64,000 nt of DNA from positions 20,894,001 to 20,958,000 of the forward strand of contig OZ024762.1 of NCBI GenBank assembly GCA_964016885.1. Direction: 5' to 3'. The position numbers and the translations under genes were made by a program. Every line of letters starts with the position of its first letter. Positions within the stretch are counted from its first letter, which is position 1. The notes beneath the pieces were generated by a model, which worked only from the letters and a program-made list of their open reading frames with translations, ran no database searches and had not been told where the DNA came from. Positions 12,876-34,146 of the stretch are shown piece after piece. The DNA is from Eledone cirrhosa. Lineage: Eukaryota.

Positions 12876-13075
12876 ATAGAAATGGCTTCTACATGACGAG
12901 AACTGTTCATTCAAAAGAAATCATCCAGAAAGCCATGATGGTTTATTTTGAATGAAACCGTTTTAGTCCTGTAGAAGCCATTTCTATATTAAACATGATG
13001 TTTACACTCTACTAATGTATTGTGTACCTTACTGTGGTTACCCCTTATTGAACCCGACGGCTGAGCTCCAGCCAT
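12876..13075. mobile_element. Penelope-like pLTR remnant with an inverted pair of degenerate hammerhead motifs
   Basis: atagaaatggcttctaca...tgtagaagccatttctat inverted repeat. gaatgaaaccgttttagtcctgtagaa and ccttactgtggttacc are homologous to 39519-39566 and to the reverse complement of 34345-34410. Confidence 0.7.
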
Positions 13076-13167
13076 TTCGACAGGTAGATCCCAATAGTGC
13101 GTTATGGTCCACCCTCTTTGTTGTTATATATATATATATATATATATCCAGTTGTTATATATATATC

Positions 13168-13385
13168 CAGTTTACTCAGCTGTAGAAATGAGATGATAGG
13201 GACTAGGGTCCCTATCATTCCACTGCAAAGTGGTCGTGGAGGTGCCACGGAAAAAAAGCACCCAGCACTCACTGTAAATGAGGTTGGTGTTAGGAAGGGC
13301 ATCCAGCTGTAGAAATCAAGCCAGAATCAGTTCCCGTCCCACCCTTGCAAGCAGGGAAAAGCAGACGTAAAATGAAATGATGATA
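13168..13385 (+). mobile_element. 5'-truncated tRNA-SINE (family of 22194)
   Basis: ccagtttactcagctgtagaaatgag..cccacccttgcaagcagggaaaagcagacgtaaaatga. Confidence 0.85.
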
Positions 13386-13596
13386 AAAATGATATATATA
13401 TTTGTGTGTGTGGTAAAAAAAAAGTCGGGGCCCGATGGTTGAGCTCTTGCCATTACGACAGCTAGCACACACATAATAGGTGGATTTCCAATGTATATCG
13501 ATAGTGTAGAGTGTAGGCATATTTATTTTAGCATAGAAATGAATTTGGCACGAGTTGAACGGTTGATTTCTTACTAATGAAACAGTTCTACTCATG

Positions 13597-13689
<93 letters not shown>

Positions 13690-13726
13690 ATATATATATT
13701 TGTATATATATATATATATATATATT

Positions 13727-21225
<7,499 letters not shown>

Positions 21226-21474
21226 TATTCTCTATACAATATCTTTGTTTAATCTTAGTATACTCTGCGGGTGAATACACCACTTCAACAGAATGTTTGC
21301 CTGAATTTTGCTGAACAAATGGAATATATTTCAATTTTCCCTTGATTAAGTTTTCCATTCCACACGATAAATCAGTCGTCTGTGTTATCTATGTGCGTGT
21401 GTGTGTGTGTATATAATAATGTATGTATGATTGTGTGTGTGTATATATATATATATATACACACACAATCATAC

Positions 21475-21505
<31 letters not shown>

Positions 21506-21555
21506 ATAGAAATATGGTTTTATAAATATACTTTCCATTTATTTAATATAATTGC

Positions 21556-21593
<38 letters not shown>

Positions 21594-21596
<3 letters not shown>

Positions 21597-21956
21597 AGTG
21601 GATGTGCAGTGTAAATGTGCGTGAACGACCCAGCATAAATGTGTTGAGAGAGAAACTGTGTCTGAGAGCGATAGAATGTAGTGTACGGGAGAGGAGACTG
21701 AGGTGGTATGGACATGTGATGCGCATGGAGGATGACCGATGGGTGAAGAAGTGCCAGGAAATGCCAGTTGAAGGAAGACGTGGTAGAGGTAGACCACGAA
21801 AAACATGGGCGGAGGTGGTGAGAACAGACCTCAGATCATTGAAGCTCACGGTGGAGATGACGAGGGACCGTGACGAGTGGAGAGATGCTGTGCTGAATAA
21901 GACCCGTCCCACCCTTGCAAGCAGGGAAAAGCGGACGTAAAATGATGATGATGATG
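21594..21956 (+). mobile_element. 3' end of a second RTE family
   Basis: [34 protein letters not shown], ending gcaagcagggaaaagcggacgtaaaatgatgatg. Confidence 0.9.
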
Positions 21957-22028
21957 TCAGTTGGCTGTTTTGGTGCCATGATGAAAAGTACACAGTGTAA
22001 ATGTGGTTGGCATTGAGAAGGGTATCCA

Positions 22029-22538
<510 letters not shown>

Positions 22539-23070
22539 ATCCGTTCACAGTGTCAATGACACAACAGTCCACACTGAAAAGTGGTCGTGTAGGAGATACG
22601 GTAAAAAGGCTCCCAGTCCACACTGTAAATATGGTTGGTGTTAGGAAGGGCATCCAGCTGTAAAAAAACCTGCCAGAGCCACTAACGTACGAGCAAGACA
22701 TGGTCTCCCGACCATTCCCGCATCAAATGGAACAAAACCGTCTAACAAAACCGTCTGTTAGGGTGGAAGATGGACGTTAAATGATGATGATGATGATGAT
22801 TATATTTATATATTTGTATATATATGTGTGTGTATATGCAGGTATGTGTGTAAGTGTATATATATATATATATATTAACCTCATTTTGCATCTGTTTTTC
22901 CATGCTTACAAATCTCATCTCAACCAATTTGAGCTTCTGATTTTGATCTTCTGCTGGAACCAGAGAAACCATCACATGCTACATATTTTGACCCAGCATC
23001 ACTCTCAATATTTCTGATACTTTCTTCAGACCAGGATCTTTTTTTGATCTGTCAATAAAGTTTGTGTGTG

Positions 23071-23115
<45 letters not shown>

Positions 23116-24409
23116 TTACACATGTATATACATGTTTTTGTATCTATATATATATATATATATATATGCCTATTTGTGTATATGTGTATGTAAATACACA
23201 TATTTGTATATGAATGTGTGTGTGTGTATATGTGTATGTAAATACACGTATTTGTATATGAATGTGTGTGTGTGTATATGTGTATGTAAATACACGTATT
23301 TGTATATGAATGTGTGTGTGTATATATGTATATAATGGAAAAATGGGTGTTAAACAGAGTAGGTGTCACGACAAAAAGTACCCAGCATACACTTTAAATG
23401 TGGTTGGCGTTAGGAAGGGCATCCAGCCATAGAAAACCAGCCAGAAAATCTCCTATATGAGCGAGACACGGTCACCCAGCCCAACTTACCCCTAATTGTG
23501 ACAAACTCGTCTAACCCATGCTAGCGTGGAAGATAGACGTAAACGATGATGATGATAAGCATGTATGTTTGTATATTCAGGTTTGTATGTATATATGTGC
23601 ATGTATGTATGTCTATATGTGTATATGTGTGTGTATATGTGTGTGTGTATATGCATATATATGTATGTATGTATGTATATGTGTGTGTATGCGTATGTAT
23701 ATATGTATGTGTATATATGTATGTGTATATGCAGACTCCCAATATAGGTTTTCAATGTTAATCTATTATAACCGATATTGAACATAAAGCCAATATTAAA
23801 ATATGAAAAATTACAACTTTATTACTTATAGACATAATGATATTCAGATATTTCCAAAAGATGATTGAATGGGGGAAAAAAATATTGATCTTTTGTTTCC
23901 TTTTCAATAAGCTTCATGAAAAACACATTTATGAAATGTAATCAAAATTTTAATTGACTAAAAGAAAACTATTTGACCTTTATGGGCCTGTGTTTAGATA
24001 CTGTAGTGAAATAGTGAAGTAGATGCTGAGGAAGCTATCAGCCAATCACATTCATAGACAATGATTTATTGAAACTAGTGTCCTCCTATTGGTTGTTAGT
24101 CATAACAATGTTTGGTTTAGCCTTTGTGTTCTCCAGCTTAACTGAGATATGAATACCATATAGGGAGGGATGTTTAATTCAGAAAGACAGCTCAGTGGGG
24201 GTTCCTCTGAAGGGTCCAGAAGGGGCTCTTTGGAATTTAGGTTATTCCTTACTCTCGATAGGGTGCATATCTCAGAGATCAGGGAGTTATGTGTGTGGAC
24301 AGATATTTTTGCATACACAAACAATAACAAAATATAAACAAACGTATTTATTCCACGAGGCTCAATAAGGATAAATATATATCAAATATATAAGAACCAT
24401 AGAGCAAAA

Positions 24410-24448
24410 AACCAAGCAACGCCGGGCCATTCTGCTAGTATATACATA
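24410..24448 (+). mobile_element. Helitron 3' terminus
   Basis: ccaagcaacgccgggccattctgCTAG|t: a degenerate GC hairpin, then CTAG, then T. Homologous to the Helitron end at 44363-44395. Confidence 0.65.
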
Positions 24449-24457
24449 TATATATAT

Positions 24458-24549
24458 ATATATCTGAGGAGCTTCCAATTCCAGAGTCGGGTTCGATCAT
24501 TAATAGATCATTCCTCGAGCTGATCGACAGTGAAACATATGTAATATGT
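24458..24549 (+). ncRNA. Type I hammerhead ribozyme motif with enlarged stem II
   Basis: atatat-CTGAGGA-(~60 nt; closing gct/agt)-GAAA-CATATG-TA-atatgt. Intact core, palindromic stem III, GUA cleavage triplet after 24543. Confidence 0.6.
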
Positions 24550-24612
24550 AATTAAATATGTATATGATGCAACACTGATTCTTTGTTCCCTTATATATAT
24601 ATACATACATAC

Positions 24613-24644
<32 letters not shown>

Positions 24645-25846
24645 ACATACATACATGGTGGCTGCCAACTCGTTTTCGAGTACGGCCACTACTTTATATC
24701 CATGTAGGAGAACCCCTACCGATGCACTGAACGAGTGTGACTTTTTAGTCCAGCCAGCGACTTGAAAACTCTGGTGCAAACACTACACTTGTGACAATTA
24801 TTGACACATAGTGCTGGGCGCATGGTACCATGTGACGACAAGTGCAGAGAGATATCCAGATATAAAGCAATGCCTGTGCTGTGAAGCTTTTATAGTGAGC
24901 AAAGGTACTGCACAAAGCCAGTCCCACTCTCTTAACCAAGATGATATTTACCAAAAAGAAGAACAAAGTCAATATCATTGGATACCATCAGGGTTGCAGG
25001 TGTTATATCAGAGTTTTCCTTCTCCTAGAATTCTGCCTTGACAAAGGCTAAGGGGTCATCTCTCCCAGTGATTTTGGATGGCCATTGACTCTTAAGAGCT
25101 CCTTTTACAGGTTTTGTTTTTAGTCCTGCATTCATACATACATACATATATGCGTATATATACATATATATATACATACATATGTGCATATATATGTGTA
25201 TATATATATATGTACATGGAACATGTTTTTATTGGCAGCATGACTCACAAAGAATACAATATCTATTTCAACACATGATTTCACATCAAGAAACTTACAA
25301 AAAAAAAATACAAAAACGAAATACATATACACGTGTGTGTGTGTGTGTTTGGTTCTCTTACTATCATCAGAATAAAGAATTTTAAAAGAGTTAGACACTG
25401 CTGGTTGAACATTGATACCAACCGAAGAAGACTATCAAGATATAATCTTTATTAATTGAAGAAAATCAGGTTCTGTAGAATAGAGAATCTGTTGTTTTTT
25501 TTGTGTGTGTTTTTCTTTTGTTTTTAAAGATCCACTTCTTAGAAATAACAGCAATAATAATAATAATAATTTCTCTGATACTTTATTACATATTTCAAGA
25601 AAATTACTGTAATTGTGGATGTTTGCATTATATGTTTGAAGTTCTCTGGAAAGTAGGAAGAAAATAAATTAATAAGATTTACAAATTGTATTCTTTATAA
25701 ATATGGATAGTCTGCCTATTGATTAGTGTAAAATAAGCAAAAGTAATATTCTTAATTCTTTCAGATTTTCTTTTTATCTATTTTTATTTACCATTTAGAT
25801 AAAATTAGTTATTTTTCAATGTTTTTTTCTTTGGCTTTTTGTTTCA

Positions 25847-25884
<38 letters not shown>

Positions 25885-27286
25885 ATATACATATGTACGT
25901 ATATATATACGAATATATATATATATATATATATACGTATATATACGTATATACATATATGTGTGTCTATATATATGTGTATATATATATGTATATATAT
26001 ATGTATATATATATGTATATATATATATGTGTATATATATATGTATATATATATGTGTATATATATATGTATATATATGTGTATATATACATGTATATAT
26101 ATATACATATATACGTATATGTGTATATATATATATGTGTATATATACATGTATATATATATACATATATACGTATATGTGTATATATATATATGTGTAT
26201 ATATACATGTGTATATATACGTATATGTGTATATATATATGTGTATATATACATGTGTATATATATATATGTGTATATATACATATATATATATATATAT
26301 ACGTATATATGTGTGTATATATATATATATTATTTTTCATGGTTTAAGGCATCAAATTCATTTTGCAATGAAACTGATGTTTTAGGTCTGAGAAAGAGCA
26401 TATTTCTTTCTCATCTAAAAATGGTTGATTGGTTTTTGTTCCCTGGAGTAAAAAAGGATTATAAAGATTTATATGGCTGTTTTCTTTAGTTGTTATTTGG
26501 TGTAGTAGTTATATTTCTATATATATATTATATTATTTTTTTTTTTGTGATTGTTTATAGAGTATTGCTAAAATATTATACAAATGACTTCATTATTTTT
26601 AACTCCTATCTTATAGAATACTATCTTTGCTCCACTGCACCTAATTTTAGAGGTTAATGGTTTGAAGGTCATATGAAGGTTATTCTTTCCAAATGTTTTA
26701 TTTTATTTTTACTTATTTTATTTTTTTGTTATACATGAATGGCTAATTGAAATAAGTGACAAATTCTGATTTCATCTAATTCTCATTTTTTCCCCTCTAT
26801 TTTTTTAATTAGTTTTTTTTTTTTTTTTTCTCTCTCCAAGAAATAGCTTTGTTTCCAGAAGAAACAAATCATATTATACAACGATTTTTGGAAACTACAG
26901 ATAATTCTTTGTTTGATATTTCTATTCACATCAAAGAAGAAAGTGTTGTTTTCAAACTCTGAAATTACAATGTTTTTATATATTTATTATTTGTTAGTTT
27001 TTCTCCAAGACTTATTGATAGGAATTATCATAGAATAAAACACAACTAATTTTCAGAAATTTACTAATGCACTTCTGTACTCTTATCTCCAGCCATTCCA
27101 TTTCACTTATATTGCTAATTCTCTTGATGAAAGCAGGAATGTTGATAATCCCGTTGTTGAGCCAGCCTTCCTACACACTCTAAATCTCTGAGCTTCTGCT
27201 TCGTCTGAGCCTGAATATAATCAATATTTTATGCAGTTTTAACTGTTTATTTAACAAGTTTATTTTGCAATCATGTGATTCTGGGG

Positions 27287-27512
27287 TTAACCCTTTCATA
27301 TCAACATGCCTGAAACTCTCCCTGGTTTTATAATGTTTCATTAACACTTTAGAATTTACGTTACTCTATATATACTATTGTGTTTTCGCAGTAAAAGCTT
27401 TATCTCACGTAATATCGAATCTATGAGATTTTTATATTACTTATTTTGAGAACAATATCTTAACATCAGTATGAGCAGCAAGTTACAGCTGGTTTAAATG
27501 CTAAAGGGTTAA
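27287..27512. mobile_element. TTAA-flanked MITE (reverse orientation / composite)
   Basis: ttaaccctttc...taaatgctaaagggttaa; the internal sequence is the reverse complement of the MITE family. Confidence 0.7.
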
Positions 27513-27815
27513 CAAGTTTACTTTGCAAGTACACGATTCTGGGATTAACCCTTTTCGTATCAAATTGCCTGAAATTGTCCTTGGTTTTATGATAAACAAC
27601 TTTTCATTTTAAAATGTTCATATTTTTATTTATTAAGACCTTCTATTAGAATTTTATTTAAGAAATCTTTAAGTAATGGCGATGCCCCAACATGGCCTCA
27701 GCCACTGGAACAGGTGAAACAAAAGTGTAATGTTTCAAATGTCATTTTTCTAATGAAAATGCTAGTTAGTTATTTCATTAAATTCTTCAGATGTTTCAAA
27801 TTAATTGATACATAT

Positions 27816-28701
27816 AGATAGACGGTAGCCACGGAGTAGGCAGACCCAGAAAAACCTGGGACGAGCTGATAAATTCCGACCTCACACACTTACACCTCTC
27901 CAAGACAATGTCACTGGACCGAGACCTTTGGCGGTACTCAGTAATAGAGAAGACACGCCTTACCTAAATACAAAGTAAAACCTACTACAGTCAGTAGGCA
28001 TCTCTATCAAAACACACCCCCGTCCAACCACCTCCACCCCATCCACACCGCCCCTTTCAATGTAAAGTTATGTTGGTCCCACAACATCCAGGCCGAAACA
28101 AATGAGATCGTGTAGGTGTCACGACAAAAAAAACACACAGTCCACGCTGTAATGTGGCCGTGTAGGCAACACGGTAAAAACCTCCCAGCCCCACACTGTA
28201 AATGTGGTTGGTGTTAGGAAGGGCATCCAGCTGTAGAAAACCCGCCAGACAGTCCACGCTGTAATGTGGCCGTGTAGGCAACACGGTAAAAACCTCCCAG
28301 CCCCACACTGTAAATGTGGTTGGTGTTAGGAAGGGCATCCAGCTGTAGAAAACCCGCCAGACAGTCCACGCTGTCATGTGGCCGTGTAGGCAACACGGTA
28401 AAAACCTCCCAGCCCCACACTGTAAATGTGGTTGGTGTTAGGAAGGGCATCCAGCTGTAGAAAACCCGCCATACAGTCCACGCTGTAATGTGGCCGTGTA
28501 GGCAACATGGTAAAAACCTCCCAGCCCCACACTGTAAATGTGGTTGGTGTTAGGAAGGGCATCCAGCTGTAGAAAACCCGCCACACAGTCCTATGCGAGC
28601 AAGACAACCACTCTTGCCTCAAGTGGGAAAACTCCCGTCCAAACCCATGCAAGCGTGGAACATGGACGTTAAACGATGATGATGATGATGATGATGATGA
28701 T
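27816..28701 (+). mobile_element. RTE 3' end carrying 4 tandem copies of a 112-bp 3' UTR segment
   Basis: Matches the RTE ORF end (gatagacggtagccacgg..). tccacgctg recurs at 28141, 28253, 28365 and 28477. (GAT)n tail. Confidence 0.9.
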
Positions 28702-28764
28702 GCAATGTATTTCATTAGAAATATGGTAACAAATTGGTTTAACTGTTGCTGTGGCATAGCCAGG

Positions 28765-29000
28765 TATCATCTACAGTAGCCTTAGTTTGAAGTCTACTTT
28801 CCAACCCCAACCATGTGGTTCTGGATTTAACCTTGGAGTGCCTCTGTGTCACCGTGTCACACCCTAATCAAGTATCTACAGTAGCCTTAGTTTGAAGTCT
28901 ACTTTCCAACCCCAACCATGTGGTTCTGGATTTAACCTTGGAGTGCCTCTGTGTCACTGTGTCACACCCTAATCAAGTATCTACAGCAGCCTTAGTTTAG
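28765..29000. repeat. ~104-bp tandem duplication (2 copies plus a partial)
   Basis: atctacagtagccttagtttgaagtctactttccaacccc occurs twice, and a third start follows. Confidence 0.85.
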
Positions 29001-29805
29001 TGGAATACCTTTAGTGGAATATTTTGACAAACTTGTAATATGATTTCAATACATCCCACCACACCCCTACTAGTCATGGGCAAGCTACGGCCTATGAACC
29101 GCATGTGACTTTTTTGCCTTTCTAAATGGCATGCCTGATTTCTAAATTTCCTTAAATTTTTTGGTAGTGTGGCCCACCCTATGATGAGCCACAGCCTATG
29201 TGGTCCACTGCTTATTAAGCCTGGATTAAGTCATCACCTGTGATAAATCTTATTATCTGGGATCACCGAGAATGGATATCTCTCTACGATGCCTAATGAA
29301 TATTATGTTCTTCTGCACAACCCTGTAATATAATGGATTAATTCATCATCAATAATATCTCTTGCTCCCCCTAGGGTCATCTAGGGTGGGATATCACTCT
29401 ACAATGGCTAATGAGTCTTATGTATGACCATGTTGTGTTAGTTGGTGCTAGTGAAGATTATGATGATGAATAAAGTATGGCCATCATATTAGTAAGACCC
29501 CCTTCAGTTATGAACAACCACTTAAACATAATAAATAATATTTAAACTCTATTCGCTAGTTAGTACTCAGCCTCATGTCCGTTAATTCCACACATTTCAT
29601 CATCATCATCATTTTATGTCCGCTTTTCCCTGCTTGCAAAGGTGGGACGAGTCCTATTCAGCACAGCATCTCTCCATTTGTCACGGTCCTTCGTCATCTC
29701 CTCCGTGAGATGCAGGTTGGAGCACTCAACGAAGTACGCAGGTTGGTTTGTTTACTCCGGAGTAATGTAAAATAAAATGTGTAAGTGAAACATGTTAAAG
29801 TTGGC

Positions 29806-30582
29806 TTCATCATCATCATCATCATCATCATCATCGGGTTTAGCGTCCGTGTTCCACGCTTGCATGGGTTTGGACGGGGGTTTTCCCACTTGAGGCAAGA
29901 GTGGTTGTCTTGCTCGCATAGGACTGTCTGGCGGATTTTCTACAGCTGGATGCCCTTCCTAACACCAACCACATTTACAGTGTGGGGCTGGGAGGTTTTT
30001 ACCGTGTTGCCTACACGGCCACATTACAGCGTGGACTGTGTGTTTTTTTGTCGTGACACCTACACGATCTCATTTGTTTCGGCCTGGATGTTGTGGGACC
30101 AACATAACTTTACATTGAAAGGGGCGGTGTGGATGGGGTGGAGGTGGTGGGACGAGGGTGTGTTTTGATAGAGATGCCTACTGACTGTAGTAGGTTTTAC
30201 TTTGTATTTAGGTAAGGCGGGTCTTCTCTATTACTGAGTACCGCCAAAGGTCTCGGTCCAGTGACATTGTCTTGGAGAGGTGTAAGTGTGTGAGGTCGGA
30301 ATTTATCATGTCGTCCCAGGTTTTTCTGGGTCTGCCTACTCCGTGGCTACCGTCTATCTTTATTGCCCTGCACTTTGTTATACAGCTGTCGTCTTTCATG
30401 CGCATCACGTGACCGTACCAACGTAGCCTTCTCTCGAGTAAACAACATCTGATCCCTCTTATTTCTAATTTTTTCCTTAGTTCGTTTATGCTTTGCCGTT
30501 CACGTATATTACTATTGCACATCCAGCAGAGCATGCAAGCTTCGTTCCTCTTTAGTCTGCGTATATCCTCTGCACACAATGC
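29806..30582 (-). mobile_element. RTE 3' fragment (family of 13925), minus strand
   Basis: ORF 30208-30579 is near-identical to the C-terminus of 14777-16396; (CAT)n at 29807-29833. Confidence 0.92.
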
Positions 30583-30600
30583 TTCGTTTATTCTAATTCG

Positions 30601-30653
30601 CTGCTATATATATTTCAGTGACAGCCATTATTGGCTGTGACCTCATCAGGCAG
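30601..30653 (-). ncRNA. Type I hammerhead ribozyme motif, intact core
   Basis: Minus strand: ctgc-CTGATGA-ggtcacagcc aataat ggctgtcact-GAAA-TATATA-TA-gcag. Stem I ctgc/gcag, long stem II, palindromic stem III, AUA triplet. Confidence 0.72.
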
Positions 30654-30807
30654 TAAGAATTAATGTAGAAAAAACAGGTAAACATGTTGTTGTAATGTGT
30701 TCTACCCTGTTAATTCGATATGTCCAGCTCCTGGGTGTGTTGTTAGTCCTCAAAGAAACTGGAATCATATCCAGTTCCTGAGAATCAGAGATGAGATCTC
30801 ACACAGA

Positions 30808-30901
30808 AGCATATCTGATAATCTTTTGATTCCAGAGTCAGGTTCGATCAATAATAGATCGTTCTTTGAGCTGATTGACAGTGAAACATATGTAATATGT
30901 T
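30808..30901 (+). ncRNA. Degenerate second copy of the large-stem-II hammerhead (core CTGATAA)
   Basis: agcatat-CTGATAA-..-GAAACATATGTA-atatgtt; clearly homologous to 24458-24549, with a G8A core change. Confidence 0.55.
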
Positions 30902-31139
30902 ATTAAATATGTTATGATGCAATACTGACTCTTTGTTCCTTTATTCTTATAGTATTATACTCACCCGGCATACTGCCTACGGACGCAATTTTTCTTGCAC
31001 CCATACACCTATATATATATATATATATGGCGGGGTGTATACATACATATATATAGTGATTGTGATTCAGTGAATTATTAGTGGTGGTCCCAAAACGAGC
31101 ACTCAATACACAAGACAAGTATATATATTAAGAAAAACA

Positions 31140-31445
31140 ATGAAGTGGGATTTTCACCTAGAAAGTTCCCCCCCAAAGCACAAGTCCAGGCAAGGTTGTT
31201 TGTGGAAGACCAGCAGTCTCCCATCCATACCAGTCTCCCCTCTCCATGCCACCGATGTTGTCCAAAGGAAAGGCAAACATCAATACGGCCTGGCATCAGT
31301 GACATTGCAACTCATTTCTACAGCTGAGTAAACTGGAGCAACATGAAGTGTCTTGCTTAAGGACACAACATATCACCTGATCCAAGAATCAAACTAACAA
31401 CCTTCCCATTGCAAGCCCATTATTCTAACTAAGCCATGTGCCTTC
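31140..31445 (-). mobile_element. tRNA-derived SINE
   Basis: ctcatttctacagctgagtaaactggagcaac..gtgtcttgcttaaggacacaac..ctaagccatgtgcc is the reverse complement of the SINE head and core. Confidence 0.8.
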
Positions 31446-32854
31446 ACATTTCACATAAGTACTCTTTAACATTTTCCTTATCATATTTCTCATGAAAGAA
31501 ACTGCCTATACACTTCAATTAATTTTGAAAATAATCAAGAGTTTCGAGGATTTTGAATAAAATTACTAAATTCCTTATTAATTTGATGTTAGGAGCATTA
31601 CTTCACATAAAATTCTGATTAAATGTTTTAATATAAGTATGCATACTTTAAAAGGCACAGTTTTATATCATGAAGCCAAAGGTGGTTTTGGGGGCATTAT
31701 AATGAAAAGGGTTAATATATTCAGAATTAATTTCATATATAAATGGAAGTATTAATTTTTTTTTAATGGAAGTATTAATTTTTTTTTTTTTTAATGTTCT
31801 CTTTCATGGTTGATTCCCTGGCTTAAGTGGCCTTAACAGAACAGAAAGATGAGCTGGATGAGGAGAGAGGGAGCTGGAGAGAAAGGAAGAGATGGAGGGA
31901 GAGTGAGAGATGGATGGAGGGGGAGAGATGGAGCTAGAGAGAAAGGAAGAGATGGAGGGAGAGTGAGAGATGGATGGAGGGGGAGAGATGGAGCTAGAGA
32001 GACAGGGAGACTGGAGGGATGGAGAGAGACAGAAAGGAAGAGAAGAGATGCTGAGAAAGGAAGGGAAGAGGGAGATGGGTGGCATGAAGTTCATAAATTA
32101 ATATTCTACTTGAACTGGAAAACAACTCTAATTCATTTCAATACATCCCACCCACTCCACCACACCTCTACCATCTCCCTGGTGATGTTCTGTTGGTACA
32201 GAAGAGGTATTAATAACAGGAGTGCCATGAGTCATTTGAGGATTAAATTAATGAGGATTGAATGATGATAAAACAGGGAGTGTGTGGGGACAAGTGGGTG
32301 TGAGAAAGTGGAATCTATTGATGGGCTAAGGTTTGTCTGTTACTGAATAACTGCTGTTGCTTCTGGAAGTAACCCAAGTGTTTGTGGTGATCTGAATTTA
32401 TTCCATTAGATTTTGGAGCAGAACTTCTTGACCATTAATGTCCTGTACCACATGAAGCCATATTAACAAGACATTCTTGAAAAATACAATACAGCACATA
32501 ATATATTATATTCTTTAGTTTACAGTAAATTTCACAAAGATCTGTCCTTCCTCTTCTTCTTTGCCCACCTATTCCTGAGAGGGTCATGGGGGAAGAGTCC
32601 TCAAACACTCCCTCCAGCAGATCCTGTCAGCACCTGTCTCCAACCGATATGGATGTTATCCAACCATCTTGCTCAGGGTCTACCTCAGGGTCTGATTCTT
32701 TCCTGAGACATTCTAACCACATGCCTATACTATAGGCAGTGTATTTCATTAGAAATGGTTAAAATAAGATCTTTGCATTAGGTGTTCTTATATTTTCTCT
32801 TTTTGAACCATTTTCATTTCATATTTGAAAAAAGAGAAATAACCCTGAAACATT

Positions 32855-33225
32855 ATGTCGGCAAAAAGCCAGACGGCATGACCATCTCGTGGTGGTAAAC
32901 CCCTCATCTGGGATGCCACATGTAGTGACACTTTCTCCAGTGGCAACATAGTGCAGTCTGTGACTAATCAAGGCTCTACTGCACTTCAAGCCAAGGAGGG
33001 TAAACTCTCCAAATATTGGTTGCTCTTCGATAGGTTTGTGGTCGAGCCTACAGCAGTAGAGACTGGTGTCCTTGGCCCTAGGATCACTTCCCTACTCACC
33101 ACCATTGGCATGGAGTTGGCTACTTGCAGGTGTGAGCCCCGCAAGGTGGAATGGCTCTTCCAACACGTTTCCCTCACCATCCTCTGGGGAAACCCTTTCT
33201 CTATTATGTCCACCAGGGCCACAGG
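32855..33225 (+). mobile_element. C-terminal restriction-like endonuclease fragment of a CRE-like non-LTR retrotransposon (degenerate)
   Basis: GKKPDGMTI..KPLIWDATCSDT..KY..PTAVETG..LFQHVSLTILWGN resembles the RPDG..WD.T..KY..AVET.G..LFQRISL..QRGN signature. Confidence 0.75.
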
Positions 33226-33244
33226 GTGCATGGACCTCCATTTG

Positions 33245-33835
33245 TTTATAATAATTGTCTACATTTGGCACAAGGTCAGCAATTATCCAGTACATTACTG
33301 GTACTTTATTTTATCGACCCCGTAAGGATGAAAGGCAAAGTTAACCTCGGCAGGATTTTAACTCAGACTGCAAGAGGGCTGTAACTCTATGCTGCAAAGC
33401 ATGGCATCCAACCCTCTACCGATACTGCCAATCCCCCACCCATGTGTTTATAATAATTGTTTCTACTATTGGCACAAGGCCAGCAATTACCCAGTGCATT
33501 ACTGGTACTTTATTTTATCGACGCAGTAAGGATGAAAGGCAAAGTTAACCTCGGCAGGATTTTAACTCAGACTGCAAGAGGGCCGTAACTCTATGCTGCA
33601 AAGCATGGCATCCAACCCTCTACCGATACTGCCAATCCCCCACCCATGTGTTTATAATAATTGTTTCTACTATTGGCACAAGGCCAGCAATTACCCAGTG
33701 CATTACTGGTACTTTATTCTATCGACCTCGTAAGGATGAAAGGCAAAGTTAACCTCGGCGGGATTTGAACTCAGAATGGCAAGGGCCGTAACTCTATACA
33801 TCAAAGCATGGCGTCCGACCCTCTACCGATACTGA
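33245..33835 (-). mobile_element. Three tandem Meta-type SINE copies (~203-bp period)
   Basis: gtttataataattgt..ggcacaagg..ccctctaccgatactg occurs three times. Confidence 0.88.
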
Positions 33836-34045
33836 TGGCGAGGGTGAGAGAGATGAAGGCAGTGAGTGAAAGAGAGAGAACATCCACACTTATTTACTTA
33901 TTTATTTCTTCCTTCAACATTCATGTTGAAATCTACTGGGTAAAACATTACTTTGTTTTATTTGTCATCCTTTGCCCTTTATATATTTCTACCACATTGT
34001 ACTGGCTTTTTGAATCTTATCGGTGATTTATTATCTTATTTTCAG

Positions 34046-34146
34046 GGTGCATTGGTAACAGTTTGTTCTGATGATACCTTACATCTATGGAATTACCGAC
34101 AAAAAAGGCCAGATATTGTGCACACCTTGAAATTTATGAAAGAACG
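34046..34146 (+). CDS. STXBP5: Tomosyn / STXBP5 coding exon (101 bp)
   Basis: ttttcag|GGT GCA...GAA CG|gtaagt encodes GALVTVCSDDTLHLWNYRQKRPDIVHTLKFMKE(R), matching tomosyn GALVSA..DDTLHLWNLRQKRP.I.HSLKF..ER. Ends in phase 2. Confidence 0.95.
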
